64,000 nucleotides of DNA, taken from positions 107,260,001 to 107,324,000 of the forward strand of contig NC_043000.1 of the NCBI RefSeq assembly GCF_006345805.1, given 5' to 3'. Made by a program: the position numbers and the translations under genes. Of the stretch, positions 12,856-24,302 are shown piece after piece (the first letter of the stretch is position 1; each line of letters starts with the position of its first letter). The DNA comes from Octopus sinensis. Taxonomy: Eukaryota. The notes beneath the pieces were generated by a model. That model was not told where the DNA came from, did no database searches, and saw nothing but the letters and a program-made list of their open reading frames with translations.

Positions 12856-13074
12856 ATCTGAACATGGGTTGTGAAAAAAAAAAAAAAACAATTTAGAAAT
12901 ATTTTGCAATGTCTGACACACAACGAAATGGGAAAAAAAATTAAATAAATAAATAAAAACACAGCAAATTCCATTTTATTCGTAACAGCTAATCCGAGAG
13001 TTCCCACCACCACCACCAAAAAAACGTTCGAAAAAAAGTTAAAAATGAAAAATTGGGGGGGGGGGGGAGAAACG

Positions 13075-13334
13075 GGCGATCTTTCGTCTCTAGTAGACCT
13101 TTCCGTCGATTACACAACATACTGTCCGTCTCCCACACCCCATCAAACACACACACACACATGTACATCATGCTCCCATGCACGGTAACTTCAAAAGAAC
13201 TTCCCTCGTCATACAATCGCTTTCTCTTAGTCTCTTTCGCTCTCATTACTTCAAAAGTTCCCGCAAGCCCATATGTAAAAAAAAAATTTTTTTTACGGAA
13301 TCGACGGAAGGTCTACTAGAGACGAAAGATTGCC
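13075..13334. mobile_element. MITE with ~37-bp TIRs
   Basis: GGCGATCTTTCGTCTCTAGTAGACCTTTCCGTCGATT ... AATCGACGGAAGGTCTACTAGAGACGAAAGATTGCC. The TSD is unclear. Confidence 0.85.
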
Positions 13335-14057
13335 GAAACAGGTATAATTTGAAAGCTGTGCTTAATAGGTCCTTATTTCAAGGCAAAATCGACCTCGGTG
13401 GAATTTGAACTCAGAACGTAGATGGACGAAATGCCGCCAAGCACTTGTTCAGCTCACCACCTTAATCATAGTAATAATAGCAATAATATTTTTACATGGA
13501 TACAAAGCAATGATTTTCTTTCGATATAAGTAGTAATTAAATTTCAGACTGAGCACCTCAGTTCTAATAACTAAGGAGGTCTTTCGTGTACATACAATTT
13601 GTTTAATTCAAAACGGCAATACAAAACAAAATCAGCGTACCTTATAAGTGTGCCCCACCCCACCGACTTTGTTTCCTCACAACTTCCACAAAAATGGATA
13701 TCTTCTAATGACATTTTCTACAAATACGTTTATGATGATGGTGTAGATTCCGATTATATCGGAATTTATTGTGAAAATTTCTTCTGGAGGTGAGGAGAGA
13801 ATTTTTAGAAAATTCACACGAGTCGGCCTTGTTTCTTCACATCTTTCAGAAAAATGGCTATTTCTCAATAAAATTTTCTACAAATATCTTTCAGCGTGTG
13901 TAGATTACCATTATATCGGAATTTGATGCGTAACGAAAAATAGCAAGGTCTCGTACATATTGACACATCACAATTTTCTTCCAAATTTCAAGTTCATTTT
14001 GTAGATATATGTGGCTAGCCCACCAATTTTTATTTCATTTCAAATTCCAATATAATC

Positions 14058-14441
14058 TTTTCTACTCTAGACACAAGGCCCGAAATTTTGGGGGAGTGGG
14101 GCAGTCGATTAGATCGACTCCAGTACGCCACTGGTACTTAATGTATCGACCCCGAAAGGATGAAAAGCAAAGTCGATCTCGGCGGAATTTGAACTCAGAA
14201 CGTAAAGACAGACGAAATACCTATTTCTTTACTGCCCACAAAGGGCTAAATACAGAGAGGACAAACAAGGACAGACAAACGGATTATATCGACCCCAGTA
14301 CGTAACTGGTACTTATTTAATCGACCCCAAAAGGATGAAAGGCAAAGTCGACCTCGGCGGAATTTGAACTCAGAATGTAGTGGCAGACGAAATACGGCTA
14401 CGTATTTCACCCGGTGTGCTAACGTTTCTGCCAGCTCGCCG
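14058..14441 (-). mobile_element. SINE family 2, dimeric form
   Basis: Two tandem ATCGACCCC.AAAGGATGAAAGGCAAAGTCGACCTCGGCGGAATTTGAACTCAGAA modules. Same layout at 26152. Confidence 0.88.
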
Positions 14442-15074
14442 CGTACACACTTAGAAAGATGTTGGTAGAAAAATTTCATTAAAAAATGGGGGAGGGAGCA
14501 AAATTAGTAACGGGTTAAAATTAGTAATTTTCTAATTTCTCGTTATTTTCCTTCAATTTGTTTGAAATCATTACATTTCCAAGTATCGCGTCATCATTTT
14601 ATACATTGTCTTTTGGGGGTAAACATTAGTCAGCATAGTTGTTGTTGCTGCTAAAATTAGGCGACAAGGTCCCTTTCTTTTCTTTTCTTTTTTTTTTCAA
14701 AAAATACTTCCTCATCTTTGACCCGATCGTAATTGAGGTTCTGTGTTGGATTCCAAATCAATTTTTCCCCATACTAGACATACAGATCTGGAGAATAATC
14801 ATAAAAACATAACTTACCACTTGAGCAGCCAAAATGAAGAGAAAATCTTTCCGCTTATTAAAGATTAAAATAAAAGGTGACTGGTCAGACAAAACCCAGG
14901 GAAATAAAATCCCGACAGCTAAAACCCAGGATGCTTTCTTTCTCCCCTTTAGCGAATGTTATCACTTTTCAATATTTATCTTAAACCTTTATTTCCCTTT
15001 GTTCATACCGTTTTGTGAACCTTTTACGGCTAATAAAGCATTGTTATTATTTCAAGAGAAATTATTATAATTCT

Positions 15075-15236
15075 CCCTCTCTCTTTCGCTTTCTGTCTCT
15101 CTCGCTCTCGCTCTCACTCTCTCTCTCTCTCACTCTCTAACTCGCTCTCTCTCGCTCTCTCTTTGCACACGTCCTTAAACGCATAATACGCGCACGCACA
15201 CACATACATACATACATACATACATACATACATACA

Positions 15237-15267
<31 letters not shown>

Positions 15268-15345
15268 GTACATACGTACATACATACATACATACAGACA
15301 TACATACAGACAGACAGACAGACAGACAGATAGACAGACATACAA
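15075..15345. repeat. Compound microsatellite (CT)n-(CATA)n-(CAGA)n
   Basis: Directly visible. Confidence 0.95.
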
Positions 15346-16050
15346 AAAAAATCTACAAATATATTATTCCCCGCCTTCCCATGTTACGTTGTATCCAATG
15401 ATGAAAGCAACATCCGTGTATCTGTTTCTCCCCTTGTACCCCTCTCTCTCTTTCTCTCTCTCTCTCTCTAATTTACCCCCTTCCGTCCTTACTCGCAAAC
15501 GTATCTGTGTATCAACCTTACGTTTGCTGCGACGCGCCAAAAAAAAAAGAAAAAAAAGAAAAAGAGCAACAATAAAATATGACCATTTGTAAAATAACAA
15601 TGAACACCCTGAAACATCGAAAGCAAACTCGTCATCACTTTTTAAAAAAACATCTTTGTTGTTGATGTTTAACTTTGTAGCCAACTTTCAACTGTGCACG
15701 CTGTAGAACAGAAAGATGAAATAAAACCCATTGACCGATGCCTTTTAAGTTTTACTTGTTTCAGTGATTGGTCTGCAAGCCATGCTAAAGCACCGCCATG
15801 AAGGGTTTTAGTCAGACTTAGATTTTAAAGCTAGGTTCTTATTGTAGCAATTCGTTTTGTCAAAACGTTAAGTTACAGGGTCATAAATTAACAGCGGTTG
15901 TCAAGTAGTAGTAGAGAACACATACACATACATTATATAGATAATGATAGATAGAAAGATATGACCGATCTATGGGTTTACCCTGGGTTTCACGTCCATA
16001 AAGCGCTTAGCTTTACAGCGTTTCTTCAGACCCTTAACCCGTTGGCCTAT

Positions 16051-16096
<46 letters not shown>

Positions 16097-16110
16097 ATAT
16101 ATATATATAT

Positions 16111-16439
16111 AGGAGCACTCCGTCGGTTACGACGACGAGGGTCCCAGCTGATACGATCAACAGAACAGCTTGCTTGTGAAATTAACGTGCAAGTGACTGA
16201 GCAATCCACTGACACGCGGACCCCTAACATAGTTCTCAGTGAGGTTCAGCGTGACACAGAGTGTGACAAGGCTGGCCCTTTGCAATACAGGTACAACTCA
16301 TTTTTGCCAGCTGAGTGGAGTGGACTGGAGCAACGTGAAATAAATTGTCTTGCTCAAGGACACAACGCGTCGTCGGGAATCGAACTCACGACCTTACAAT
16401 CGTGAGCCAAATGCCCTAACTACTAAGTCACGCGCCTTC
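16111..16439 (-). mobile_element. tRNA-derived SINE family 3
   Basis: Reverse complement of 56561-56865. tRNA-like head plus GTGTCCTTGAGCAAGAC domain. Confidence 0.88.
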
Positions 16440-16777
16440 TCCACACACACACGCACACACACATATATATATATATATACACACACGATGTGTTTCTTTG
16501 TGTTTTCGTTTACTAAATCCACTCACAAGACAAGACTGATGGCCTGAGAATACATTAGAAGATGCTTAGCCAAGGTGTTACGCAATGGGACTTGAACCCG
16601 AAACCATATAATATAGTTGAGACGCACGCTTCTAACCACATAGCCACACCTTCATCTGTCTATATATACAGGGTGCTTGGGCTAAATTTGACGATTTTTG
16701 TCTCATTTTTCAAGAACAGCTTGATGTATTGGTGAATAGTCAATGGCGTTGGAGAGCATAAAGATTAAAGTTTTTGA

Positions 16778-17124
16778 GGCGCAGGCGTGGCTGCGTGGTA
16801 AGAAGTTTGCTTTCTAACAACATGGTTCCGGGTTCAGTCTCACTGCATAGTGTCTTGGGCAAGTATCTTCTACTATAGTATCGCTCCGACCAAAGCCTTG
16901 TGAGTTGATTTAGTAGAGGGAAACTGAAAGAAGCCCGTCGTATATGTATATGTATGCGTCAATGTCCCCAACCGCTTGATGTAGCGCTTCAGCAAAAGAC
17001 CAATAGAATAAGTACCAGGTTTTAAAGACTTAAGTACTGGGGTCGATTCATTCGACAAAAAATTCTACATTGGAGTGATCCAGTATGGCCGCAGACCAAT
17101 GACTGAAACAAGCAAAAGATAAAA
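16778..17124 (+). mobile_element. SINE family 1 nested in maT remnant
   Basis: Similarity to other copies. Confidence 0.85.
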
Positions 17125-17220
17125 ATTTACATGGAGGACTGGCAGTCATCTGAATATTGGAAAAGAGTTACCTGTAGCGTGATGTTTCGCGCCTGTTATC
17201 TAACTGCCGATATCAGGACT

Positions 17221-17640
17221 GCTATTCAATGCTCTGTGAACAGTCTAAAGGCTATTCAATGTTCTGTAAACAGTCTAAAGGCTATTCAATGCTCTGTGAA
17301 CAGTCTAAAGGCTATTCAATGCTCTGTGAACAGTCTAAAGGCTATTCAATGCTCTGTGAACAGTCTAAAGGCTATTCAATGCTCTGTAAACAGTCTAAAG
17401 GCCATTCAATGCTCTGTAAACAGTCTAAAGGTTATTCAAAGCTCTGTGAACAGTCTAAAGGCTATTCAATGCTCTGTGAACAGTCTAAAGGCTATTCAAT
17501 GCTCTGTAAACAGTCTAAAGGCTATTCAATGCTCTGTAAACAGTCTAAAGGCTATTCAATGCTCTGTAAACAGTTTAAAGGCTATTCAATGCTCTGTAAA
17601 CAGTCTAAAGACTATTCAATGCTCTGTAAACTGACTAAAG
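17221..17640 (+). repeat. Minisatellite, 14 x 30 bp (GCTATTCAATGCTCTGTRAACAGTCTAAAG)
   Basis: Directly visible head-to-tail units with no spacers. Confidence 0.98.
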
Positions 17641-18302
17641 ACTGTAAGACGTAACATGAGCAGCTACAACGGAAACTACGAAGCTGTAAACAGCAGGGAC
17701 ACAAAAGACCTCATTGCGTCTACATGCCGGAATAAATCCAACAACTGATGAACAGGGCCTTAGCCAGGCGACTATGTAAAGCTGCTGGAGATGGTCAATT
17801 CCTGGTTGGAAAAGGGTTGTTGCTCTATGTGTGACAGCAGGATTCGGTTCCTTGTCATACCGCCAGAAAGAGTCAGAAGTGGTTGTTGGAGGATTTCTAC
17901 GACTTCATCAGCCCCAATCTCTAGCCTTCTAATCCCCCCGCCCCCCGATTGTAATCCCATGTACGCGATCGAAAAAACACCAACTGCTCTGTCAGTAACA
18001 CCAGGGCCGAGCTGGTGGCTAAGATGGAGGAGGTGTTCGAAGATCTTCTCAAGAACACAGTGAGGAACGTATGCGCCAGGTTCCGAAGCCGTCTTGAAGC
18101 TCTGTGTGTGTGAGGGGGGGTGGGGTATCTATCTTTGTGCTTGTCCCCACCACTTACTTGATAACTGATACGGTTTTGTTTACGTCCTCGTAACCTAGTG
18201 GTTCAACAAAAGAGCCTGACAGTATAAGTACTGAGGTCGATTTGTTCGATAAACCCTTGAAGGCAGCGCTCTAGCATGGACGCAGTCCAATGACAAACAA
18301 AA

Positions 18303-18457
18303 GCATAGTTGTGTAGTAAGAAGTTTGCTTTCCATCCACATGGTTCTGGGTTCAGTCTCACTGCGTGACACCTTAGGCAAGTCTCTTCTAATATAGCATC
18401 GGCCGACCAAAGCCTTGTGAATAGATTTGGTAGACGGAAAATGAGAGAATCCCGTCG

Positions 18458-18488
<31 letters not shown>

Positions 18489-18712
18489 CTTTGTGTCTGT
18501 GTTCGTGCCCCACTACTGCTTGACAACCGGTGTTGGTGTGTTTACGTCCTCTTAACCTAGTGGTTCGGCAATAGAGATCAATAGAATAAGTACCAGGCTT
18601 TAAAAAAAAAGAAAATGACAACTGGAATTGATTAGTTCGACTAAAAACTCCTCATAGCGGTGCCCCAGCATGGCCGAAACCTAATGACTGAAGCAAGTAA
18701 AAGATAAAAGGA
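18303..18712 (+). mobile_element. SINE family 1 (preceded by a 3' half copy at ~18130-18300)
   Basis: Similarity to other copies. Confidence 0.85.
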
Positions 18713-18820
18713 AAAGATTTACATGAATGGTTCGGGAAAATGGAAAATATATTATGAACAGATGTGTTCCTTTATTAATAACGTTTTAAAATCGCGATCC
18801 CATGGTGACATCTCTCAATT

Positions 18821-18895
18821 TGTGTACACAAATACAACTTCATAACATGACACAAGATCACGTGATAATGTTATGAAGTTGTATTTCTGCACACA
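18821..18895. other. 75-nt hairpin, 28-bp stem with 2 mismatches
   Basis: TGTGTACACAAATACAACTTCATAACAT ... ATGTTATGAAGTTGTATTTCTGCACACA. Confidence 0.8.
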
Positions 18896-20192
18896 TTTAC
18901 ATTTCTACACTCTTCCGAGACAAAATTTAGTACCTCATCATTTGCTACTTAATGTCGGTTTATTATGTAAATAAAGTATCAGTTCACCCCCTGCCGTCAT
19001 TAACAAGAAACTGATACTGTCAATTTAATTTGTTGGCATGTGTGTTTTTGACTTCTTCATGTGTGAATTTTAATAATTGAAATTGTATATCTTAAGCGAA
19101 AAGAGATCGGTGTATGAATTACAAAGGTGCAGAAACAAAATCAATTCATATAATTACTGGAAAGAAAGAAGAAAAAAAAGAAGCATTGACATTTATCAAA
19201 ATTAGAAATCTATATGTGTATACAGATGTGGGTTTGTATCCTACAGGCAGTCTTCGACTGTTTCTATCCGAAGTGGAATATTTACATGCTATTATTTATA
19301 GTTTTGTATGCTTCGCGATCTACTGTTCCAAATAAGAATTATTTCACGTTCTCTCGAAAGTTTATGACGTCAACAATATACAATTTTTGCTGGTTAGAAT
19401 TAAGTTGCTAAAATGGATAGAAACATATGAATTATTGTTTTGGTCCAGGGGTAGAAAATCTGTCATATCTACAGGAGATGATGGTTTCAGTCTTACGGGC
19501 AACCTTTGACTTTTTCTATCCAAAAGGGAATTTCAACCCAATATTTGCATACTACTATATATAGCTTTAAGTGCTTAGAAATCCACTGCTCTAAAAATAA
19601 TTATATTGTTAAAATCAACAAAAAATAAATCAATAAGAATAAGATTGGAGGGTATTCCAGTAGAAAAGAGTAAAATATTATGCAATGCGTCAAAAAGCAT
19701 AATTTCTTTGGACCTATGTGTTTTAAGCATCGTAGTTTACGCGACTGGAAAAGTATGGAGACAAATGTCCCCCTCTTCCCTTTCGCCAAATTCGCAATAT
19801 TTTCAAAGACATTTTTTTTCCGGATTTATTCTACGCATTATTTTAAAGAATCATAATCTCAGAGGTTTAAAATATAAATCTGAAAACAACTTTTCAAAAG
19901 AAGGTCAAAATTGAAAACCTTCGGTAACTCTTTTCCAATATTCAAATGACTGCCAGATGTTTTATATGATACATTCTACCAGTGTCCTAAGTTTGAAAGT
20001 GTTTAGTTACAAAAAATGATTTTTTAAAATCTGTAGGTCAAATGGTAAAGATTCGGAATCTTCAATAATAAAAGAAATTTTAAAACCACATTTTGATAAA
20101 AATGTATTAAAATTATAATTTTCATGAATTTTCTCTAGACTATGTAGATATTAATAATTGCTTTCTTTTCATAAAAGTTACATACTTATAAC

Positions 20193-21600
20193 CAGTGGTG
20201 GGCACAGCTAACCAAAACGTTAGCTTCACTAACTGCTAGTCCGCTAACTAAAAGTAAACTTTGCAAATGCTAAACCGCTAAACATGTAAAAAAAAAATTA
20301 GCAGAACTGATAGCCGATAACTTTTATCATGAACTTAGCTTCGATTTGGGGTTTTTTAGCACTAAAACCCTTAAAAACAGACCTAGAGAGATGAAATTTT
20401 CATGTAGGTTAGCCATAGAGCTTTCCAAAAAGGTATGGCATGCCAAGATCAGATGATGATCAAGGTGTACGCAAATAATTAAATGACCAAATGAAATTAA
20501 ACATTAGTTTTTCAGTCAACATACATTTTATTTGCTATACAAAAAGTATTAAGTGAATCAAAAAGATATAATATAGTATAGGTATCATGCCAAGATCAGA
20601 TGATCAAGGTGTACTAATCTGGCTAGGCCTTCTCCATCGCCTCGACGTGATGCTGGTTGTCCTCCATAAATATCAGCCTCTCAAAATTACCTTCTGACAA
20701 GGTGGCTCTCTTGTCACTCAAAATATCTTTGCCTATAGAGAATAGGCACTCGATGCAGCACTGGATGGGATGGCGGTGTTATACTTGGTGATCAAGACCT
20801 GCTCACCCAAAAAGGCAACTTCAGTCAAGACATCCTTCGAGACGGCCTCTAGCCAGGTCTTCACCAAGTCCTGTGCCTTGGGCTTCAGTGACCTATGGCT
20901 CCTGCTCTCCTGGAACCGAATGATGTTGATGAAGAAATCATCTTCCTCATGCTCATTGCTGGTGGTACTTCTGCCCTCTTTATTGGTCTCCATTAGGGCT
21001 GTCTCTACAACAGTCTCCATGGCGTTCGTTACTCTTTTAACTTGGTTATTATTATACTGTTCCAGCCAGAACAGGCGAAACTTGGAGTGGAAAGCAACGG
21101 GCAGCTGAAACTCCAGGTCTTCTAGGAGGAGCCCAAACCTTTTTGTGAATCCTGCCAGTATCGCATCTACCAGAGGACTGTACTACAGGAGATGTTTGAA
21201 TTTGGCCTCCTTCAACTTCATGATGATAGCCACTACAGTTGGCAGAAGGCTCCCGAGATAGGCCTGGTCATCTCCTTGGATTTTATTCAAGGCCTTGGCA
21301 ACATTAGACATCACATGAGAATCAGTGAAGGTCTGCAGTTTTAGCTGTGTCATCACCCTGTGGGCAGCTCCCCTACTCTTCTCCAGCAGGTTGTTGAGGA
21401 CAACAACAGAGTCATAGGTAGAGTTCCATCTGGTACTGTTGGGGACCACCAGCCTTCTCTTCAACGCGTCCAGAATGCTGTCTGCCGTCACCATACAGCG
21501 GCTCTTCAGATTCTGTCTACAGTCACTGTCTTGGACATAGCCTTCTTGTAGGCCGACTTGAACGAAGCGTGCTCAAGAGCCTTGTCGGCATCCATGCTGG
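20193..21600 (-). mobile_element. hAT transposon, one terminus plus transposase remnant
   Basis: CAGTGGTGGGCA terminus with subterminal (C)GCTAA repeats. Minus-strand PNSTRWNSTYD, KIQGDDQAYLGSLLPT and dimerisation-domain YNTAIPSSAAS motifs with stops and frameshifts. Confidence 0.88.
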
Positions 21601-21667
21601 CTACCAAGTTGAAGGTATGGGTTGCGTATTATTATCATTAGTATTATTGTTGTTGTTGTTGTTGTTG

Positions 21668-21758
21668 TTGTTCAGGTCACTGCTTGGAATCGAACTCGGA
21701 ATCTTGGGGTTAAGAGCATGAAGATTCCGAGTTCGTTTCCAGGCAGTGACCTGAACAA
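21668..21758. repeat. Near-perfect 38-bp inverted repeat, 15-nt loop
   Basis: TTGTTCAGGTCACTGCTTGGAATCGAACTCGGAATCTT / AAGATTCCGAGTTCGTTTCCAGGCAGTGACCTGAACAA. Confidence 0.92.
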
Positions 21759-21835
21759 TGATAATAATAATAATAATAATAATAACAACATTGAAAAATA
21801 CTTTAGGAATCAGAGCCCAGGTTCGAAATTTCCCC

Positions 21836-21882
21836 AAGACCCCTGATGATAGCTGGAGGGTATATCAGCCGAAATATGTTCA
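21836..21882 (+). ncRNA. Degenerate hammerhead ribozyme core in Penelope-like repeat
   Basis: CTGATGA (21843-49), helix II GCTG/CAGC, then CGAAA. Helix I, helix III and the cleavage triplet are not intact. Confidence 0.5.
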
Positions 21883-22488
21883 AACAAGATGAGGACAACT
21901 ATCCGTCAAATGTAAATAATGTAGAATATTTTTGTAAGAAGGAATTTATTGAACTAACATATGAACAGTTTCATTTAACATTCCTTTCCTACACACACAT
22001 ACACACACTCTCTCTCTCTCTCTCTGGAAACATTCTCGGTTATTAAATTTCTCCCCCCACTTAGTTTTTCTTTTATAACTCAACAATGTCCAAAAGCACG
22101 GTTGTGATAATGTATTTTTATTTAGCTAAGCGATGAGACAAAATTAAAGTGAATGGAGACGTGAGACAAGTAAGATGAAATGTGCGACACTCTACTATCC
22201 ATCTATTTGATTAAGGCTCATAATAATTGATACTGGATGTGGTGAGAAATCGATACGAAACATGAGACAAAAACAAGAAGTTATGTCATCTCTTCCTTGG
22301 AAAATGCAAAAGAAAATCGATAAAATCAGAGAGAGACGAAGAGTGTGAGGGTGAGAGAGAAGAGAGAGAAGGAAAAAGGAGACAGAGAGTGGGAGGGAGA
22401 GAGAGGGGGGAGAGAGAGGGGGGAGAGAGATTTGGACGACAAAAGTTTCTAAATGGATAAAATAAGAAGAATGTATTTTATAAAAGAA

Positions 22489-22878
22489 CTAGCAGTATTG
22501 CCCGGTGTTGCTCGGGTTTGTTTTGACCCTTTAGAATTGGAATTTTTGAAAAGTAAAATTTTGCATTATGTAGCTTGTTATTCTCTTTAAGTGAACATTT
22601 TTCTGGTTGAAATACACCGAAAAATGGCAACACAGCAGTCAAAACATCATTAAAAATAAGGATTTTCATAGAAAAAAGCATGTTTTTGATGTAAATAATT
22701 TTTGGGTGTTAACATGGTCCGATTTGAATTTTTTCTTCTACGGAATGAAGAGCAAGCCTTCTATCATACTCTCAATTTTGGTCGACTTGCGCCACAGGGT
22801 CTCGGAGGAGATAGTGTCAGTTGAAGGCTACCAAACCTGCCACACACACACAGAAAATTTCAGCTTTATATATATAGA
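22489..22878 (-). mobile_element. Non-autonomous Helitron
   Basis: 5' TCTATATATATAAAGC and 3' hairpin CCCGAGCAACACCGGG + CTAG|T. Paralogous to 55475-55818. Confidence 0.88.
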
Positions 22879-23740
22879 CTTGACATGTCGTCTAGCCCAG
22901 GTCTAGCTTGTATATTAGCGCGGATTATAAGAGGCTCAAGCCCATCACTATCCAGACAAATATAAGCTATGATTAAGGGCTTTCAAGCAGTGACCATCCT
23001 GTTGTTTTTGTATATCAGGTACTACATTATCCAATTTCTCCTTCCTAGTTTTACAAGGGCAGTATGTTATGATTCAAGGTAAATTTGGCTGATATTTCTA
23101 GCAGTGAGAGCAACTATGTAGACGTTACCTTGTTGAAATTTTGAGTTAGTAAAAAAGATGAGTAATCAGTAACGGTGCATGAGAATGGTGAGTTGAGCAA
23201 CATTTTATCTGAGTTCAAGTTCTGCAGAGGTCATCGACCTTGGCTTTCATCCATTTAGTGTTGATGATATAAGTTCTAGTTGAACTTATTTTATCACTTA
23301 TTTTATGACTAGGGCTAATTTAATCATCTATTTTAATCATCTAGCCCAGCTATCCCCCTCCCTCAAAAAATATACAATCTGATCTCTTGACATCATCATC
23401 ATAATCGTTGTCATCTCGTTTAACATCCGTTTTCCATGCAGGCACAGGTTGAACAATTTGATAGGAGCTTGCCAGCTGGTTAGCTGTCTAGATCCCAATT
23501 GTCTGTTTTGAAATGATTTCCATGGCTGGATGCCCTTCCTAATGCCAAGGTTCAAAACCTGCTACAGTCGATTTAATTTTTTGTCTCTCTTTGACATCGC
23601 TGAAAAAAAAAAAACTATAATATGAATTTCTTCATATAGGTGTGGAGTTTCCCTCTCTCTCAGAAGATACAAAGAATGGCTCTCATTCCTTACCTGTGAA
23701 TATGGCACAGTAAAAAACTATTAAACAAATAGGAGGCATA

Positions 23741-24062
23741 GATGTAGGAGTGGCTGTGTGGTAAGTAGCTTGCTTACCAACCACATGATTCTGGGTTCAG
23801 TCCTACTGTATGGCATCTTGGGCAAGTGTCTTCTACTATAGCCTCGGGCCGGCCAAAACCTTGTGAGTGGATTTGGTAGACGGACACTGAAAGAAGCCCA
23901 TCATATGTATATATATATATATATATATATCACGTGATCACGTGACCGACCAGATCATAAGATGTTTTTACACATCGCTGGTCACAATGCGCTTCGCATT
24001 GTTTCAGCCTTCAAATGACGCCACCCCGCTGGCTAAGCGAGCAGGCCAATATATATTTACAG

Positions 24063-24094
<32 letters not shown>

Positions 24095-24302
24095 ATATGT
24101 TTGTGTGTCTGTGTTTGTCCCCCCAACATCGCTTGACAACTGATGCTGGTGTGTATACGTCCCCATAACTTGGCAGTTCGGCAAAAGAGACCGATAGAAT
24201 AAGTACTAGGCTTACAAAGAATAAGTCCTGGGGTCGATTTGCTCGACTGAAGGTCATGCTCCAGCATGGCCACAGTCAAATGACTGAAACAAGTAAAAGA
24301 GT
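23741..24302 (+). mobile_element. SINE family 1 with ~120-bp insertion (23931-24050) in its TA tract
   Basis: Similarity to other copies. The insert begins TCACGTGATCACGTGACCGACC. Confidence 0.88.

Larger units (their letters stand above)
16669..18105 (+). mobile_element. Tc1/mariner DD37D (maT-like) element remnant, interrupted by a SINE and a minisatellite
   Basis: TA|CAGGGTG terminus at 16669. N-terminal-like MEDWQSSEYWKR at 17131. C-terminal QQDSVPCHTARKSQKW...PN(W)PSN..DCNPM...NTRAELVAKMEEVF...CARFRSRLEA at ~17760-18103, with a spacing of 37 residues after the second Asp. Confidence 0.75.

Noticed and set aside
17221-17640. CRISPR-like 30-bp repeat array
   Set aside because: The units are contiguous with no unique spacers, there are no cas genes, and the context is eukaryotic.
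23940-24015. Type II hammerhead on the minus strand
   Set aside because: GAAAC and a helix are present, but the triplet is GUG, the other core reads CUUAUGA and the helix registers do not fit.
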